NCBI RefSeq assembly: GCF_001194135.2
Contig: NC_068981.1
Coordinates: forward strand, 194,666,937-194,730,936
DNA length: 64,000 nt
Origin: Octopus bimaculoides
Taxonomy: Eukaryota
Reading direction: 5' to 3'
Shown piece by piece: positions 36,374-51,200 of this stretch. Both the position numbers and the translations under genes were made by a program. Position 1 is the stretch's first letter. Each line of letters starts with the position of its first letter. The notes below the pieces were generated by a model. It was not told the origin of the DNA and ran no database searches. It saw nothing but the letters and a program-made list of their open reading frames with translations.

Positions 36374-39300
36374 CACATACACATATATTTACACACACAC
36401 ACATCATTGGGGTTTCTCCCCCAATGTGTCTCTGTTAAGTCTATATCTGCTGTCTCTCCTTATACAGTGAAACTGGAGTCAATGCTTGTAAGAGATTTCT
36501 GCACAATGTGGAGATAGAGTACAATTTTGAAGGGTTTCTATGTCTGAAAGGGCAAGTGAAATGTCATGGAAAATATTGTCAGAATCTGGTTGAAAGTTCC
36601 AGACGATAACCCTGGATACCAAGGATCAACAAAACAAGGAATAACAAAGCTGTTGTTGGTGATAGCAGAGATAGTGAAGAATATGAAGACAATAAACCAT
36701 TGCTGAAGAAACTCAGGTTCTCGGCTAGATGAGTTTTCTTTGGATAGTCTTGAATATTGAAGAGGAAAGATGGAGAGCTTCTTACAAGGAGGGAAACGAA
36801 TAAACTTATTAACTTACATATATATATATCAGGCACAAAGGTTCTTCATCAGAAGCAAACTGTCAAGAAATGTTAGACTATTCAGACACTAGAAAATTAC
36901 TATTTTTAAATCTCACAACGAGAGATATTCAGCAACAGTACTTTGGAGTAAAGATTGTTTGCCAACATAACATGGCAGTCCTGGTTTAAGACGAATGTTG
37001 CTGTAATTTAGCCCCAGGAGACATCGTCTCCAGCTGGCTATACGACACAATCTGTGTCCTTATATTTTCAAACAAGGGAATCTAGCACCCCCACTCAGCT
37101 CATGATTTGTAGTGGGCAGTGGTCTTGCAGCTTCAGAGTAAGTGGTGGGGGAAGCAATGGGTGGTCAGTGATCATAGTAGCACCAGCTGTTCTTCAAATG
37201 GTTGCAGAGGTTACTGTGTGTGTGTGTGTGTGAAGGTGGTGATGGTGGACAATAAGCAACTGTTGGTTGGTATCAGTCACAATGGAAGCAACTGCTTGTA
37301 TTTTTGGTAGTGGTGATGGTCGTAGATAGAGCAGCAGTTGGTGACAAATGGACTGGAACAAGCAATAACAACCATCAATATTAGCAATATTTGCCATAAC
37401 AGCATCAAATTATACAATGCCAAACAGCTTCTATAAGCCACTGGCCTCACCACTTTTATGGATGTCATAGGGTTGCTGTCCACACCACAAGCAACGTGGC
37501 TAGTGTCTGAATAGAAAGGCATTTCTTGACTGTTTGCTTCCGATGGTGGGCCTTTGGGCCCGGAAAATACAAAGATTATTAAAAACATTTCTTTTCCACA
37601 TTGTAAGAAGCCCTCAGTCTTCACTATTTTACTTCTTTATCACAACACTTCAAGCAATCTACAAGACTCTCCTGATATTCGGTAATCAATGTTTTTAGAG
37701 TCTGAATGGAACTCATTAATGCATCTACAGGTGTAATGACTCTAAGGTAGACAGGTTTCTTTTATTCAGATTAGGAAATCAATGTTAAAATTTTTAATTT
37801 CTAAGCAAAACAAGTGAGAAACAAATCACAGCTTATGTATCACTGTCCATCATTACACATACAAACGCATACACACACAGAGGCACTCCGTTGGTTACAT
37901 TGACGAGTGTTTCAGTTGATCCAATCAATGGAACAGCCTGCCTGTGAAATTAACGTGCAAGTGGCTGAGCACTCCACAGACACGTGTAACCCTATCATAG
38001 TCCTCAGGGAGATTCAGTATGGCACAGAATATGACAAGGCTGGACATTTGAATGACAGGGACGACTCATTTTTGCCAGATGAGTGGACCTGAGCCATATA
38101 CCCTAACCACTGACCTCCATGACACACACACACACAATAAATACATTCTTCAACCAGACGAGACCTTCTGTTGACTCCACCCACCACTATTGAAGAATTG
38201 CCTTATTCACCATGGTGAGACTGAGGGTTAGCAAGGGTCATTCACAAGAGCCGAGGCAGAATGTGACTCGGAGCTTAAATGATGAAAGGAGAAGTTGATC
38301 ACAGTGAGATTTGATCTCAGAGCACAGACAGCCGAAACAAACACCACAAAACGGTCTTAAGCTGACTCTTTAAAAATGTCAATTTGCTTTCTTCTCTCTC
38401 TCCATAAGCAGGTATACAGTCGTCATCATCATCATCGTTGTTTAACATCCACTTTCCATGCTGGCACAAGTTGAACAGTTTGACCGAGGACTGGCAAGCC
38501 AAGAGGCTGTACCAGGCTCCAATCTGATCTGGCAAGGTTTCTATAGCTGGATGCTCTTCCTAATGCCAACCACTCCGAGAGAGTAATGGGTGCCTTTTAC
38601 GTGCCACCGGCACGGGAGCCAGTCAGGTGGCACTGGCAACGGCTACTACAAAAACTTATTTGGTTTTTTAACTCTTGACACCTGTCTTGTCTTTAATGAT
38701 TCTTAGGTTTCCTCTCCATTCTAGTCAATGGCTTCTTTCTGACCCGTTTCCCTCACACCTTCTGTCTGTATTCATTGCATATAAAGTTGAATGACCATCC
38801 TATCATCTTTTATCTCCATCCTTTCCTTTCTCTCACTAATTCCTATCATTAATCTCTTTTCTCTCCCCAATTCCCTGCTGCATCCCCTCCTCTCTTACCA
38901 TCCCTCATCACCCACTTTCTCTTCTCTCCTATTCTCCTTCTGTTAAAGGGTCCATGATAGGGTTTTTAGCCCCGTAAATCACTGGTACTGATGCCGTGGA
39001 AAAAGCAGCAAGGACACTCTAAATTTGTCGGCATTAGACAGGGTATCCAGTTAAAGAGACCGTGCCGAGGTGGACATGGGAGCAGGACACAATTCTCTCA
39101 AGCCATCCAAACCATGACATCAGGAAAGCTGGACATTAAATGACAAAGATGATGATAATGATTATGTTGATGATGATGACGACAACGATGATGTTGATGA
39201 TGATGGTGATGATGTTGATGATGATGGTGTAAGTCCAAGGGAAAAGTGGATTACATGATTCACAGGTACATGTTGGGGACTTACTTCAATAATCCCTAAA

Positions 39301-42217
39301 AAATGAAAGGCAAAGATGGCCTTGGCTGGATTTGAATCCCTGAATGTGACAGACATTTCAAGAGAATTAACTTAATATCACTAAGAAGTTTATCTGACGC
39401 TCTACCAATTCACCTCTAACCCTGTCGACCTTTGACTCGGGTCACAGCTGCATACAACAGACATTCTGGATACATTCTATCACTCTCTCTTTTATTTGTA
39501 GCCATGTCTTTGTATATGAGACAAGGAGAGAGAGAGAGAGAGAGGGGGGAAGAATAAATAAACCGTTATAACAGATGTACAGGGAACAACTGACAAGAAC
39601 AAAGGTATATATGGGGGAGGGGTACCCGAAAGAAACTGGAATTTTTGCAATGTTATTTTATTCACTTAGTTTTAAATGCTTACACTTTTATTGCCTTCAT
39701 ATTGAATTCTCCATTTGAAGCAATGCATCGGTCCAGGCGCGTTTTCCATTATTCGAAGCAGTCCTGGAATTCTTGCGAAATGATGCCTTTTAACGCCTCC
39801 ATCGTTCCTTTCTTCACCTCTTCCACATCTGCAAATTCCATGGCACCAGCTTTCGCCACCAGGGATGACTTTCGACAAAAGGTCCGGAAATACTTCCAAC
39901 TGTTCTTTCAGTTCACGACACGCATTCAGTCGAGACTGTTTTTGATGTCCAGTGAGGAAGCGAGGCACAAATTTTGCTGCAACTCTTTTCATTCGCAATT
40001 CCTCGCTCAAAATTCGTTGGCAGCAGCTCCAGGACACAACAGTCATATCAACAAGTTCTTCAATTGTTCGGTGACGGCACTCCAAGATCAGTTCATGAAT
40101 TTCCATGATGTTTTCATTCGTTCCGGAGGTCGACGGTCATCTTGAACAAGGTTGGTCTTTAAACGACAAGTGACCATTCCTAAAGCATGGAAACCACTCG
40201 TAAACTTGTGTTCTCCAGCAAGAAACAAAATTTCATGGAAGCCATTCCAGAAATCAATGAACAGGGGAGAAGCATTGCAAAACAAAGACACACCAAGTGA
40301 AGCATGACTCCACGTGCAACCACCAGTCGGCAGACTGATGCCTGAGGGTTGCATCAAGTGGCTTCTAGTAGTGAGAGCCTGAACTACAATGGGTTTGTCC
40401 CACAGTAAACGTTTCTGGTTAAGAAAACGTTCTGGCTAAGGTGGCGAGCTGGCACAAACGTTAGCGTGCCGGGCGAAATGCTTAGTGGTATTTTGTCTAC
40501 CGTTACGTTCTGAGTTCAAATTCTGCCGAGGTCGACTTTGCCTTTCATCCTTTCGAGGTCAACTAAATAAGTACCAGTTATGCACTGGGTTCAATGTAAT
40601 TTACTTAATCCTTTTGTCTGTCCTTGTTTGTCCCCTCTATGTTTAGCCCCCTGTGGGCAATAAAGAAATAATAATTATTATTATGATAAACACACACACA
40701 CACATACAAGGGAGTTCCTTGCCATTTAATGAGTAACTCCAATAGTATGCTTTCGCCACACTGGGTAATACCAGGAAATATGACACACATTTAATAATTA
40801 TAATTTAAATTTCATCACATTTCTTGCTGTTTATACAAAATGACGAAATGAATATTAAGTTTCAAAACCAAGTAATAGTAAAGAAAAAAGAATCTCATTT
40901 GAATAACTCTTCCCACTATTCCTCTAGCATTTACCTCCTCCCCTTCCTGCCTTCTCTGTCTCTTTGATTCTGTATCTCACACTATGTGTGTGCGTGTGTG
41001 CGCATGCATTGCATTCCAATATTCATTGCCTGCCACCAAGCCTAGTATGAACACACATCCACCACTTCTTATGTTAATTCTCTCTGTATCTCTCTTTTAA
41101 ATCTCTCTCTTTTTCTCTATACATTGTAAAGCATGACCAGAAGAATAAAGTTACCAACTAACCAACATATATATATATGAACATATATATATGTGTATAT
41201 ATATATATATATTATTTTGCTTAAAAGAGTTCCAACACTGTCTGTTTTTTATGTTTTATTTATATTCCTGCAGAACTAATGTGGGGTATAGAATATGGAA
41301 TATACAATATATAATATGATATACAATATACAATATAAAATAAAATAAAATAAAAATGGATGGCACCATGAAAGAAAGTATTGAATGTAGATGAAATATT
41401 GAGTGTTCAATATAAAGGATCAAATATATAAATATATAAATATAAATATATATATATATAAAGGCAACTCGAGTTTCAGGGCTATTTCCCTTCGTCATGG
41501 CCGGTATGACAGACTTTAACAGACAGTCTGTTAAAGTCTGTCATACCGGCCATGACNNNNNNNNNNNNNNNNNNNNNNNNNNNNNNNNNNNNNNNNNNNN
41601 NNNNNNNNNNNNNNNNNNNNNNNNNNNNNNNNNNNNNNNNNNNNNNNNNNNNNNNNNNNNNNNNNNNNNNNNNNNNNNNNNNNNNNNNNNNNNNNNNNNN
41701 NNNNNNNNNNNNNNNNNNNNNNNNNNNNNNNNNNNNNNNNNNNNNNNNNNNNNNNNNNNNNNNNNNNNNNNNNNNNNNNNNNNNNNNNNNNNNNNNNNNN
41801 NNNNNNNNNNNNNNNNNNNNNNNNNNNNNNNNNNNNNNNNNNNNNNNNNNNNNNNNNNNNNNNNNNNNNNNNNNNNNNNNNNNNNNNNNGGGGACCCTGT
41901 CAAAGGCTTTCTCCATGTCAACGAAAGCCAGGTACAGAGGTTTATCCTTGGCTAGGTATTTCTCTTGCAACTGTCTCACTAGAAATAAGGCATCAGTAGT
42001 GCTTTTACCTGGCACGAACCCAAACTGCATCTCATCTAAATTGATTCGCTCGTTTAACGTCCGCTTTCCATGCTAGCATGGGTTGGATGATTTGACTGAG
42101 GACTGGTGAAACCGGATGGCAATACCAGGCTCCAATCTAATTTGGCAGAGTTTCTACAGCTGGATGCCCTTCCTAACACCAACCACTCAGCTCATTCATA
42201 CATACCTTCATACATGC

Positions 42218-42268
<51 letters not shown>

Positions 42269-45200
42269 TGTAAGTATGTGCGTATGTATGTGTGCATATA
42301 GTAATGAAATTAACTTACCTGTTGTAAGGTGTCCAGGATAATCTGCCGGTTCTTTTTCAGCGTCATCAGTTTGTTCTCATACAGTTGTCGTCTGTCGGGT
42401 ACGACTGCCATCAGATTGAACCAGATGTCATGGTAAGGTTCCCTTTGAAGACAAAGAGGGAGACATTCGTTAAGCATGACACGTAGTTTAATTGGGAAGT
42501 GGAACACTTGAGGAGTATTCTGCCAGCCTCAGACCAACAGGATACAAGGGTGTCACATCATTTCGTGACACTGTAACTGTGATAAATGTGGCGAGCTGGC
42601 AGAAATGCTAGGATGCCAGGCAAAATGCCTAGTGGTATTTTGTCTGTCTTTACGTTCTGAGTTCAAATTCCGCCAAGGTCGACTTTGCCTTTCATCCTTT
42701 TGAGGGTCGATAAATTAGGTACCAGTTGCATACTGGGGCTGATCTAATCGACTGCCCCCCCCTCCCCCAAAATTCTCCCCGGTGGCACGTAAAAAGCACC
42801 ATCCCAACATGGCCGATATCAGTACCACCTGACAGACTCCTGTGCCGGTGGCACATAAAAAGCACCCACTACACTCTTGGAGTGGTTGGCATTAGGAAGG
42901 GCATCCAGCTGCAAAAACACTGCCAGATCAGATTGGAGCCTGGTGCAGCTGCTGGCTCTCGAGACCTCAGTCAAACTGTCCAACCCATACCAGCATGGAA
43001 AACAGACGTCAAAAGATGATGATGATGGTGGTTTCTGTTATGGAACTACAGGCATTTTCGGGGCCACCAATCAGTTCTGTTGATTCTGAAAAAATATTTT
43101 AATCGCCTCAGAATTGATTTAAGGAAAAGTAGGCCAAGATGGGATTTGAACTCAAAAATTAGCAATGTATGATGCTTGATAGGAACAATGGTAGTTAAGA
43201 AAAGAGTTTGAAAGAGAAATCTTACCCTCCGGTACCCGTACCAAGTCTCTCAGAGATGACCCGACGAAATTTTTCAGTCCAGTCTTCATTTTCTTGCCAT
43301 GGCCCTGAATATGGAGAACAGTAAGTCAAGGAGAGGTGGTCATTGAAGGGGAGATAACTCATATGAATATACACATTGATGTCAAAAGACACTATTACCA
43401 CCAGAAATTCTCCGAGAAAAACACTAGGGAATGTTACTATTACTTTAAGCCCAAAACACAATCATATACGCGGTTAACCAAAATTTTAATTCTTTCTTCG
43501 GCTAGCCTATCATATAGTGTGCTTTTCTCAGAGAATTTATGGTGGTAATAGTGTCTTTTGACATCTATTTTTAAATGCGTGGTGAGGCTCAAGCCAAGCC
43601 CTTGTTATAATTATGTATATAATTATAAAATATTTATAAAATTTACCTGTGAGGTTTTATTTCCCCGTTGACCTCTTGGTAAAAATCATTAATGACTTTT
43701 ACCCTTTATTATCATTAATGACTTTTACCCTTTATTATCATACACATTGATGTCTAGATAGATATGCTTTGTTGTATATAAATACTTTTTTTTAAAAATC
43801 TATTTGATTATTTATTTCCAATATATTCTATATTCTCCATCAAATATAAAAATATAAGGTCATCATCATCATTTAACATCCGCTTTCCATGCTAGCATGG
43901 GTTGGACGATTTGATTGAGGACTGGTGAACCAGATGGCTGCACCAGGCTCCAATCTGATCTGGCGGAGTTTCTACAGCTGGATGCCCTTCCTAACGCTAA
44001 CCATTCCGAGAGTGTAGTAGGTGCTTTTACGTGCCATCGGCATGAAGGCCAGTCAGGTGGTACTGGCAACGGCCATGCTCAAAATGGTGGTTTTTACGTG
44101 CCACCTGCATATAATATATACCAGAGTAAACACATAAATGTGACAAAAAGTGGGAAAAAATAGTACTTGAATACCAGAGGTAAAGTAATACGTTTTAGTG
44201 TTAAAGCTGCAAAAATATCACAAAAATATCGCCAAAAAATCAGAGTTTCACATTCCTGTTTGTTGGACAGATGTGATAAAGAACTTGATCACAACTATTT
44301 ACATTAGACAGATATTTGTCCTCATCTTGTTTGTTGTTAACACAATGTTTCGGCTGATATACCCTCCAGCCTTCTTCAGGTGTCTTGGGGAAATTTCGAA
44401 CCTGGGTTCTCATTCCTAAGGTATTTTTTGATGTTATTGAACTTGAAGCTATGTGGTTGGGAAGCTAACTTTATGATCACACACAAAGACAAAGACACAC
44501 ACACACAGATACAAAGACACACACACACAGACAAAGACACACACATACTCACAGACAACACAATACCGAATATACAGTTGTAAAAGATTTCAAGAAGAAT
44601 ACATACCATGGTCAATGGGGTATGGCTTGAGACCATCCAATTCAAAGAGGTGGCCATTTATAGGTACATAGCTGACAAAATGGAATGCTTCCATGGTTCG
44701 GACAGTTGATATACCTTGTTGTTTCTCTGGGAGGTGACGAGGTTCTGGTCTAAGAAATGATAGAGATACAAATGTGTGACATGGTTATGACACAGGGAAC
44801 AAAGGAAATGTAACATAGATGTGACAAGGGAGAACACAGGAAATGTAACACAGATGTGAAGTGTTACAAAGTGTATCAGGCATGAAAGGAATTGTCACAA
44901 GGTATATATGTCTCTGATCTTTTATTCTTTGCTTGTTTCAGTCATTAGACTGTGGCCATGCTGGGGCACCACCTTGAAGAAGTTCAGTTGAATGATTCAA
45001 CCTTGGTACTTACCTTTTTTTAAGTCTGGTCCTTATTCCGTCAATCTCTTTTGCTAAGCTGCTAAGTCACAGGGACATAAACACACCAACACCGGCTGTC
45101 AAGCAGTGATGGGGGGGACAAACACAGACACACACACATATAGATATCATCATCATCGTTTAATGTCCACTTTCCATGCTGGCATGGGTTGGACAGTTTG

Positions 45201-48200
45201 ACTGAGGACTGGTGAGCCAGATGGCTGCACCAGGCTCTAATCTGATCTGGCAAGGTTTCTACAGCTGGATGCCCTTCCTAATGCCAACCACTCCGAGAGT
45301 GTAGTGGGTGATTTTATGTGCCACCAGCACAAGGGTCAGTCAGATGGTACTGGCAACGGCCACGCTCAAAAGGTGTTTTTTATGTGCCACCTGCACAGGA
45401 GTCAGTCCAGTGGCACTAGCAATGACCACACTCGAATGTTGATTTTCACGTGCCACTGGCACATATGCCAGTAAGGCAACACTGGCAACAATCACGCTCG
45501 AATGCTGTCTTTTATGCGTCACCAGCACAGGAGCCAATCCATGGCCCTGGCAATGATCACGCTTGGATGGTGCTTTTAATGTTCCACTGGCACAAGTGCC
45601 AATCAGGTGGTACTGTCATCGGCCACGTCAGTGATTTTGATTTCACTTTCCTCAACAGGTCTTCGCAAGCAAAGTTTATTGTCCAATGAATGAAGGGTAC
45701 TCATAAGTGGGCTGGTTATACACCATTGGCATAGGCCATGAATTATGGTCTCACTTGGCTTGTCGGGTCTTCTCAAGCACAGCATATCGCCAAAGGTCTT
45801 GGTCACTAGTCATTAACTCAGTGAGGCCCAATGACTACACACACATATATATATATATATCATCATGGATGTGTCACCTACCTTGAATAAAATCGATCGA
45901 TAGCAACATTTTCCTTTTATAGTAAAATATGCACCAAATTCAATAAAATTATGAAGTTTACTCTGATTATTATGCAAGAAATGCGAAACGTTTTATTCTT
46001 TTGTAGATTAGGTAGGCATAATTCACTCCTGCTTTTCAAGTTTCATACCACACAAACACATCTATACCTATATATGCACTACATACATATATCTATAATA
46101 ATAAATGCCAAAATGAATTTCTGTGTGTCAGTGTGTCACATTTTGACCCCCTCTCTCACTATTCAATGACACTTCTACTATTCCTCCTGCTGGGGTGAGA
46201 GTAATGGAAGGCATAGAGATGGAGAAGGTGGTAGTAGATTGACAGTTGTGATGGTAATGGTGTGAGAGTAATAGTATGAGTCGTAGTTATGATAGCGGCA
46301 GAGGCGACAGTGATGATGGTGGTGGTGGTGGTAGCCAAGGCGGTCAGGGATGACAGTAATAGTAAGTGATGTGAAAGACAGTGGTGATGGTGGTGGAGGG
46401 AAAGGCAGGCGAAGTCAAAGGTATTGATGGTGGCGGCATCAGAAGTCTGAATGGTGTGTGTATGGCAGTTGTGGTGGCAATGGTGGTGGTACTGGTGGTG
46501 GTACTGGTGAGATGGTGATGGTTGAAAACAATCAACAAAAAGAGAGAGAGAGAGAGAGGAGGGNNNNNNNNNNNNNNNNNNNNNNNNNNNNNNNNNNNNN
46601 NNNNNNNNNNNNNNNNNNNNNNNNNNNNNNNNNNNNNNNNNNNNNNNNNNNNNNNNNNNNNNNNNNNNNNNNNNNNNNNNNNNNNNNNNNNNNNNNNNNN
46701 NNNNNNGGGAGAGAGAGAGAGGGAGAGAGAATGAGGTTAGACAGAAAATAAAATTGTACTGACCCCGCCCCACCGGAAAGGGGAAGACAAAAAATGTTGT
46801 TTATCATGAAGCTTTGCAATAAGTTCGAAGTTGACAAATTATATCATTGTTTTGATGGAAACCGCTCATTGCTTGAAAAATATTGGTCAAGTTTAATAAA
46901 ATTTAATATGTACTCAATGCATGAAGTGTCATTGTTGGGCTCAAGGCCCAATGAAGAGCCCTCCACAGGAACCAGCTTAAAAGCCACCCGATAGGGTGGC
47001 TTTTAAGCTAGTATATTATATACATACACACACACACTCATATACAGTAATCCCTAACCATATCGTGGTTCACCTATCGCGGTTTACTATTTAAGCTTAT
47101 GTCGATTCCTCCGTGGTGTTGTTCTGCATTTATAATAAAATATATACAAATTATAAAAATAATAATAAAAAATATACAGTACTGTACTGTTTCTACTTCA
47201 CGGATTTTCACCTATCGTGGGGGTGGGGGCGTAACAACAGCGGCAGTCGAGGGATTATTGTGCATACATACATGCACACACGGATATGTACATAGGAAGT
47301 TTAACTATGAGAGATGTGCTGTACATATTTTAAAACTGGGAAATAAACCCTTCAAAAACAGAAATCTTTTTTTTTCGTGTTCTCTCCTTGTGTTAAGTAA
47401 AACATTAGATTTAGTATGAAGAAGTCACTAAGTTACCTGGCATGACTGTTGTGAGCTCGAGCAAGTTCTGGCATATTACCGATAGCATGGCCTTTATCCT
47501 GAGGAGAAAAAAAAAATAATATAAAAATAATTATTCCAAGATGTTATAAAACAAAGGAATTGACATGCGATTAAATCATCATCATCATTTAACGTCCGCC
47601 TTCCATGCTAGCATGGGTTGGACGATTTGACTGAGGACTGGCAAACCAAAAGGCTGCACCAGGCTCCAATCTGATCTAGCAAAGTTTCTACAGCTGGATG
47701 CTCTTCCTAATGCTAACCATTCCAAGAGTGTAGTGGGTGCTTTTTACGTGCCACCAACATGGGGGCCAGTCAGATGGCACTGGCATCGACCATGCTCATA
47801 TGGTGATTTTTATGTGCCACTGGCACAGGAGACAGTCAGATGGCACTGGCATCAACCATGCTCGAATGGTGCTTTTTACGTGTCACTGGTATCGTCCATG
47901 ACTATGATTTCACTTTACTCAACAGGTCATCTTAAGCACAGCATATTGCCCAACGATTGAAGGATACTTTCAAACAAGCCAGTTATGCGACACAGGCATT
48001 GGCCACGGCTACTATCTTACTTGGCCTGCCGGGTCTTCTCAAGCAGCTTCGAAGTATATTATGGCTGCATAACGAAATACCACATACCTACAAGTCATTA
48101 GACGACGATGATGATGAAGAATATTTGGTAGAGAACTTACTTCTGGATTCATGTTCTTGGTAAATTCTTTTAGTTTGGAGAGAGTTTTACCATGTCTGAC

Positions 48201-51200
48201 CTTGTCATTGTTTAGAAGAATACTGAGTAAGGCATGAGTGGCACAAGAGTTTGGTATCACCTGTAAAGGTAAGAAACAGATGCAGGGTGAGGTTTGGTTG
48301 TGTGATTATGAAGCTTACTTCTCAAACACGTGGTCTCAGGTTCAGTCCCATCGCATGGTAGCTTTGTGAGTGGATTTGGTAGATGGAAACTGAAAGAATC
48401 CTCCCTTCCCCTCCACCCACCGGACTACCACATTATCTCCCTCATGTAAAATACCTGTTCTCTCTCTCTCTTCCCTTCTCCTGCAGCGTACCCCCTAAAA
48501 ATGTCATCTCTCCCCTCCTCTTGTCAATTATATCATCATTACTATCCTGTTGTTACCATTCCTCATGGACCACAAGCCATCTTCCACCCCCTCCGTCCAC
48601 CCTTTAACCCTTCTCGATCTTTACAGACGTCTCTTACCCCCTCTTCCATTTCCTCTACCTCTTGCCTCTCCATACACCCTTACGAGTCCCCCCCCCACCC
48701 ACTCCTAGCTTCTCTATTCCCACTCATTTCTACCCACCTCGTACCTTTAGGGGCCATCTGGACATCTCATTACCACCATTTATCTCTTTGCAGCTCCCAC
48801 TGATTCATCCTCTCTCTGTCCCCTAAATGTGAAAAACCATTCAGCTTCTCTACAACAAGAACCTTCCTTGCCCCTGACCCTTTCTCGAGCCCTTTAAACT
48901 CCACCCAGCATACAGATGCCCTTCCCCACCTCCTCCAAGTATTATTAGCTTGAGCCACAGAAACATCTGCTGTTTTGACCCATAATCGGGGCCTTTGACA
49001 AATGCTACCACCCTGGGCCAGAGTAACCCTGAGAGTAGAGGTGACTAAAGAATAACTCCAAACTCCCAAGTTGGATGCAGTTTAATGTGTTGCCCACAAT
49101 TAGTCACCTGTGGGTGCAGGTGTGGCTGTGTGGTTAAGAAGTTTGCTTCCTAACCACAAGGTTCTGGGTTCAGTCCCACTGTGTGGCACCTTGGGAAAGT
49201 GTCTTTTACTATAGCCTTGAGTTGGCCAAAGCCTTTAAGTGGATTTGGTAGACAGAAACTGAAAGAAGCCTGTCATATGTGTGTGTGTGTTTGTGTTAGT
49301 CCCCCCCCACCACTTGACAACCAGTGTCGGTGTGTTTATGTCCCCCGTAACTTAGCGGTTTGGCAAAAGAGACTGATAGAACAAGTACTGGGCTTAGAAA
49401 CCGGTAAGTACTAGAGTAAAAATTCTTCAAGGCAATGCCCCAGCATGGCCACAGTCTAATGACTGAAACAAGATAAAAAATAAACAATTCAACCAAATCA
49501 TTAGCTACGCTCCCCTCCTTCTTACCCCCACCCACCTTCCCGCTCTCCCTCTGCTTTGTCTAAGATGGCATGCAAAGCTACGGGCACCGGCCCTCTCTCA
49601 AAGACAAATGGCTACAAGACAAAAAAAGAAAAAGGTGTGAAGAATTCTTACCTGTTTGGCAAAGAAAATGCTATTGACGGCTTTCTCATCGATCAAGAAA
49701 AACTCCTCTTCTGTATTGGTCTTGCGTCGACATCTTCGCTCTTCAATCCAGCGGAAGAGGAAAATAAAACCATAAACAGGTCTGGAGGGGAGGAGAAAGG
49801 AAAACATGGTGGAGGTTATCTGGACAGGAAACAGGAAGGTGATGATGATGATGGTGGTGATGATGATGATGGTGATGATGATAATGATTATGCTGCAGAC
49901 TATGAGGAAGGCAATATTGTTTGTTTGTGTTGCTTAGCCCCAGGTCAGCTTTAAATGAACAGGTGGCACTGGCAACGACCATGCTCGAATGGTGCTTTTT
50001 ACGTGCCACCGGGACGGGAGCCAGTCAGGCAGTACTGTCATCGGCCACGCCGTGTATGTGTGTGTGTGTGTGTGTATATATATACACACACACACAATGA
50101 CAGGCTTCTTTCAGTTTCTGTCTACCATATACACTCACAAGGATTTGGTCAGCCCAGGGCTATAATAGAAGACACTTGTTCATGGTGTCATGTAGAGGGA
50201 CTGAACCTGAAACCATATGGCTGGGAAGCAAACTTCTCTACCACATAACCAAGCCTGCACCTGAAACTCTTGACAGGATGGGGCCCCAGGACAACAATAT
50301 GCATTCGAGGTGTCTAAGTTCACTAAGTCCTGCAAGCCAGCCATCATACAATAAGCCTTTGATCAAAGACGCTCCAGCTGTGACTATCTAGTGGAATCTT
50401 CAAAAACAGTCTGCCAAACACCAACCGCTTTAGAGAGTGCATGGGGTGCTTTTTACGTGGCACCTGCACAAACGCTTTTTATGTGACACCAGCAATGCAT
50501 CCTTTTATTGTACTGTCCTTTCGAATGTTGGGATTCACAGAGGCAATGGCTGAGACCTTTGGCATTATGTTGTGCTTGAGGAGAAGACCCATTAAGCTGA
50601 GCAAAATCACAGTCATGGCAGATACTGGTGTCATGCAAATGGCACTTGTGCCAGTGGCATATAAAAGCACTTCTCAAGTATTGGGCCTCAATGAGGCAAT
50701 GACCGAGTCCATTTGGCATTATGCTGTGCTTGAGAAAAAGACCCATTAAGCCAAGTAAAACCGCAGTCATGGCAGATACTGGTGTCACACAAATGGCACC
50801 CGTGCCAGTGGCACTGATTACACTCTCAGAGTGGTTATTGTTAGGAAGGGCATCCAACCGTAGAAACCATGCCAAAACAGACTGGATTCTAGCGCAGCCT
50901 TGCAGCTTGCCAGCCCTGGTCAAACCATTCAGCCCATGCCAGTCTGGACAACAGATGGTAAATGATGATGATGATGAATACAAGAGCAGAACTAAGTTTT
51001 GAGACCTTTCACATCTTACAGTCATCAGTTGAACACTTTAAAAGCTTTCATTAGTTTCTTTAATGAAGCTTCTTCTATTAAAGAAACTCACCAATAATTC
51101 TTAGAAAAGAATGCATGAAACTGAGTCGTACCCTTCTATCTGTTTCTGTAGATCATAGATTTCTTCCACCTGGACACCTTGTACACCTAAGCAAAATCAA

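Noticed and set aside
37277-37624. 115-aa minus-strand ORF considered as an extra BAP1 exon
   Set aside because: No usable acceptor. Exons 9 and 10 already join in frame, and another frame resembles a decayed RTE RT.
41494-41556. Perfect 63-bp palindrome (31-bp arms, 1-nt loop)
   Set aside because: It ends exactly at an N gap, which is typical of a contig-end fold-back artefact; long reads are needed before treating it as real.
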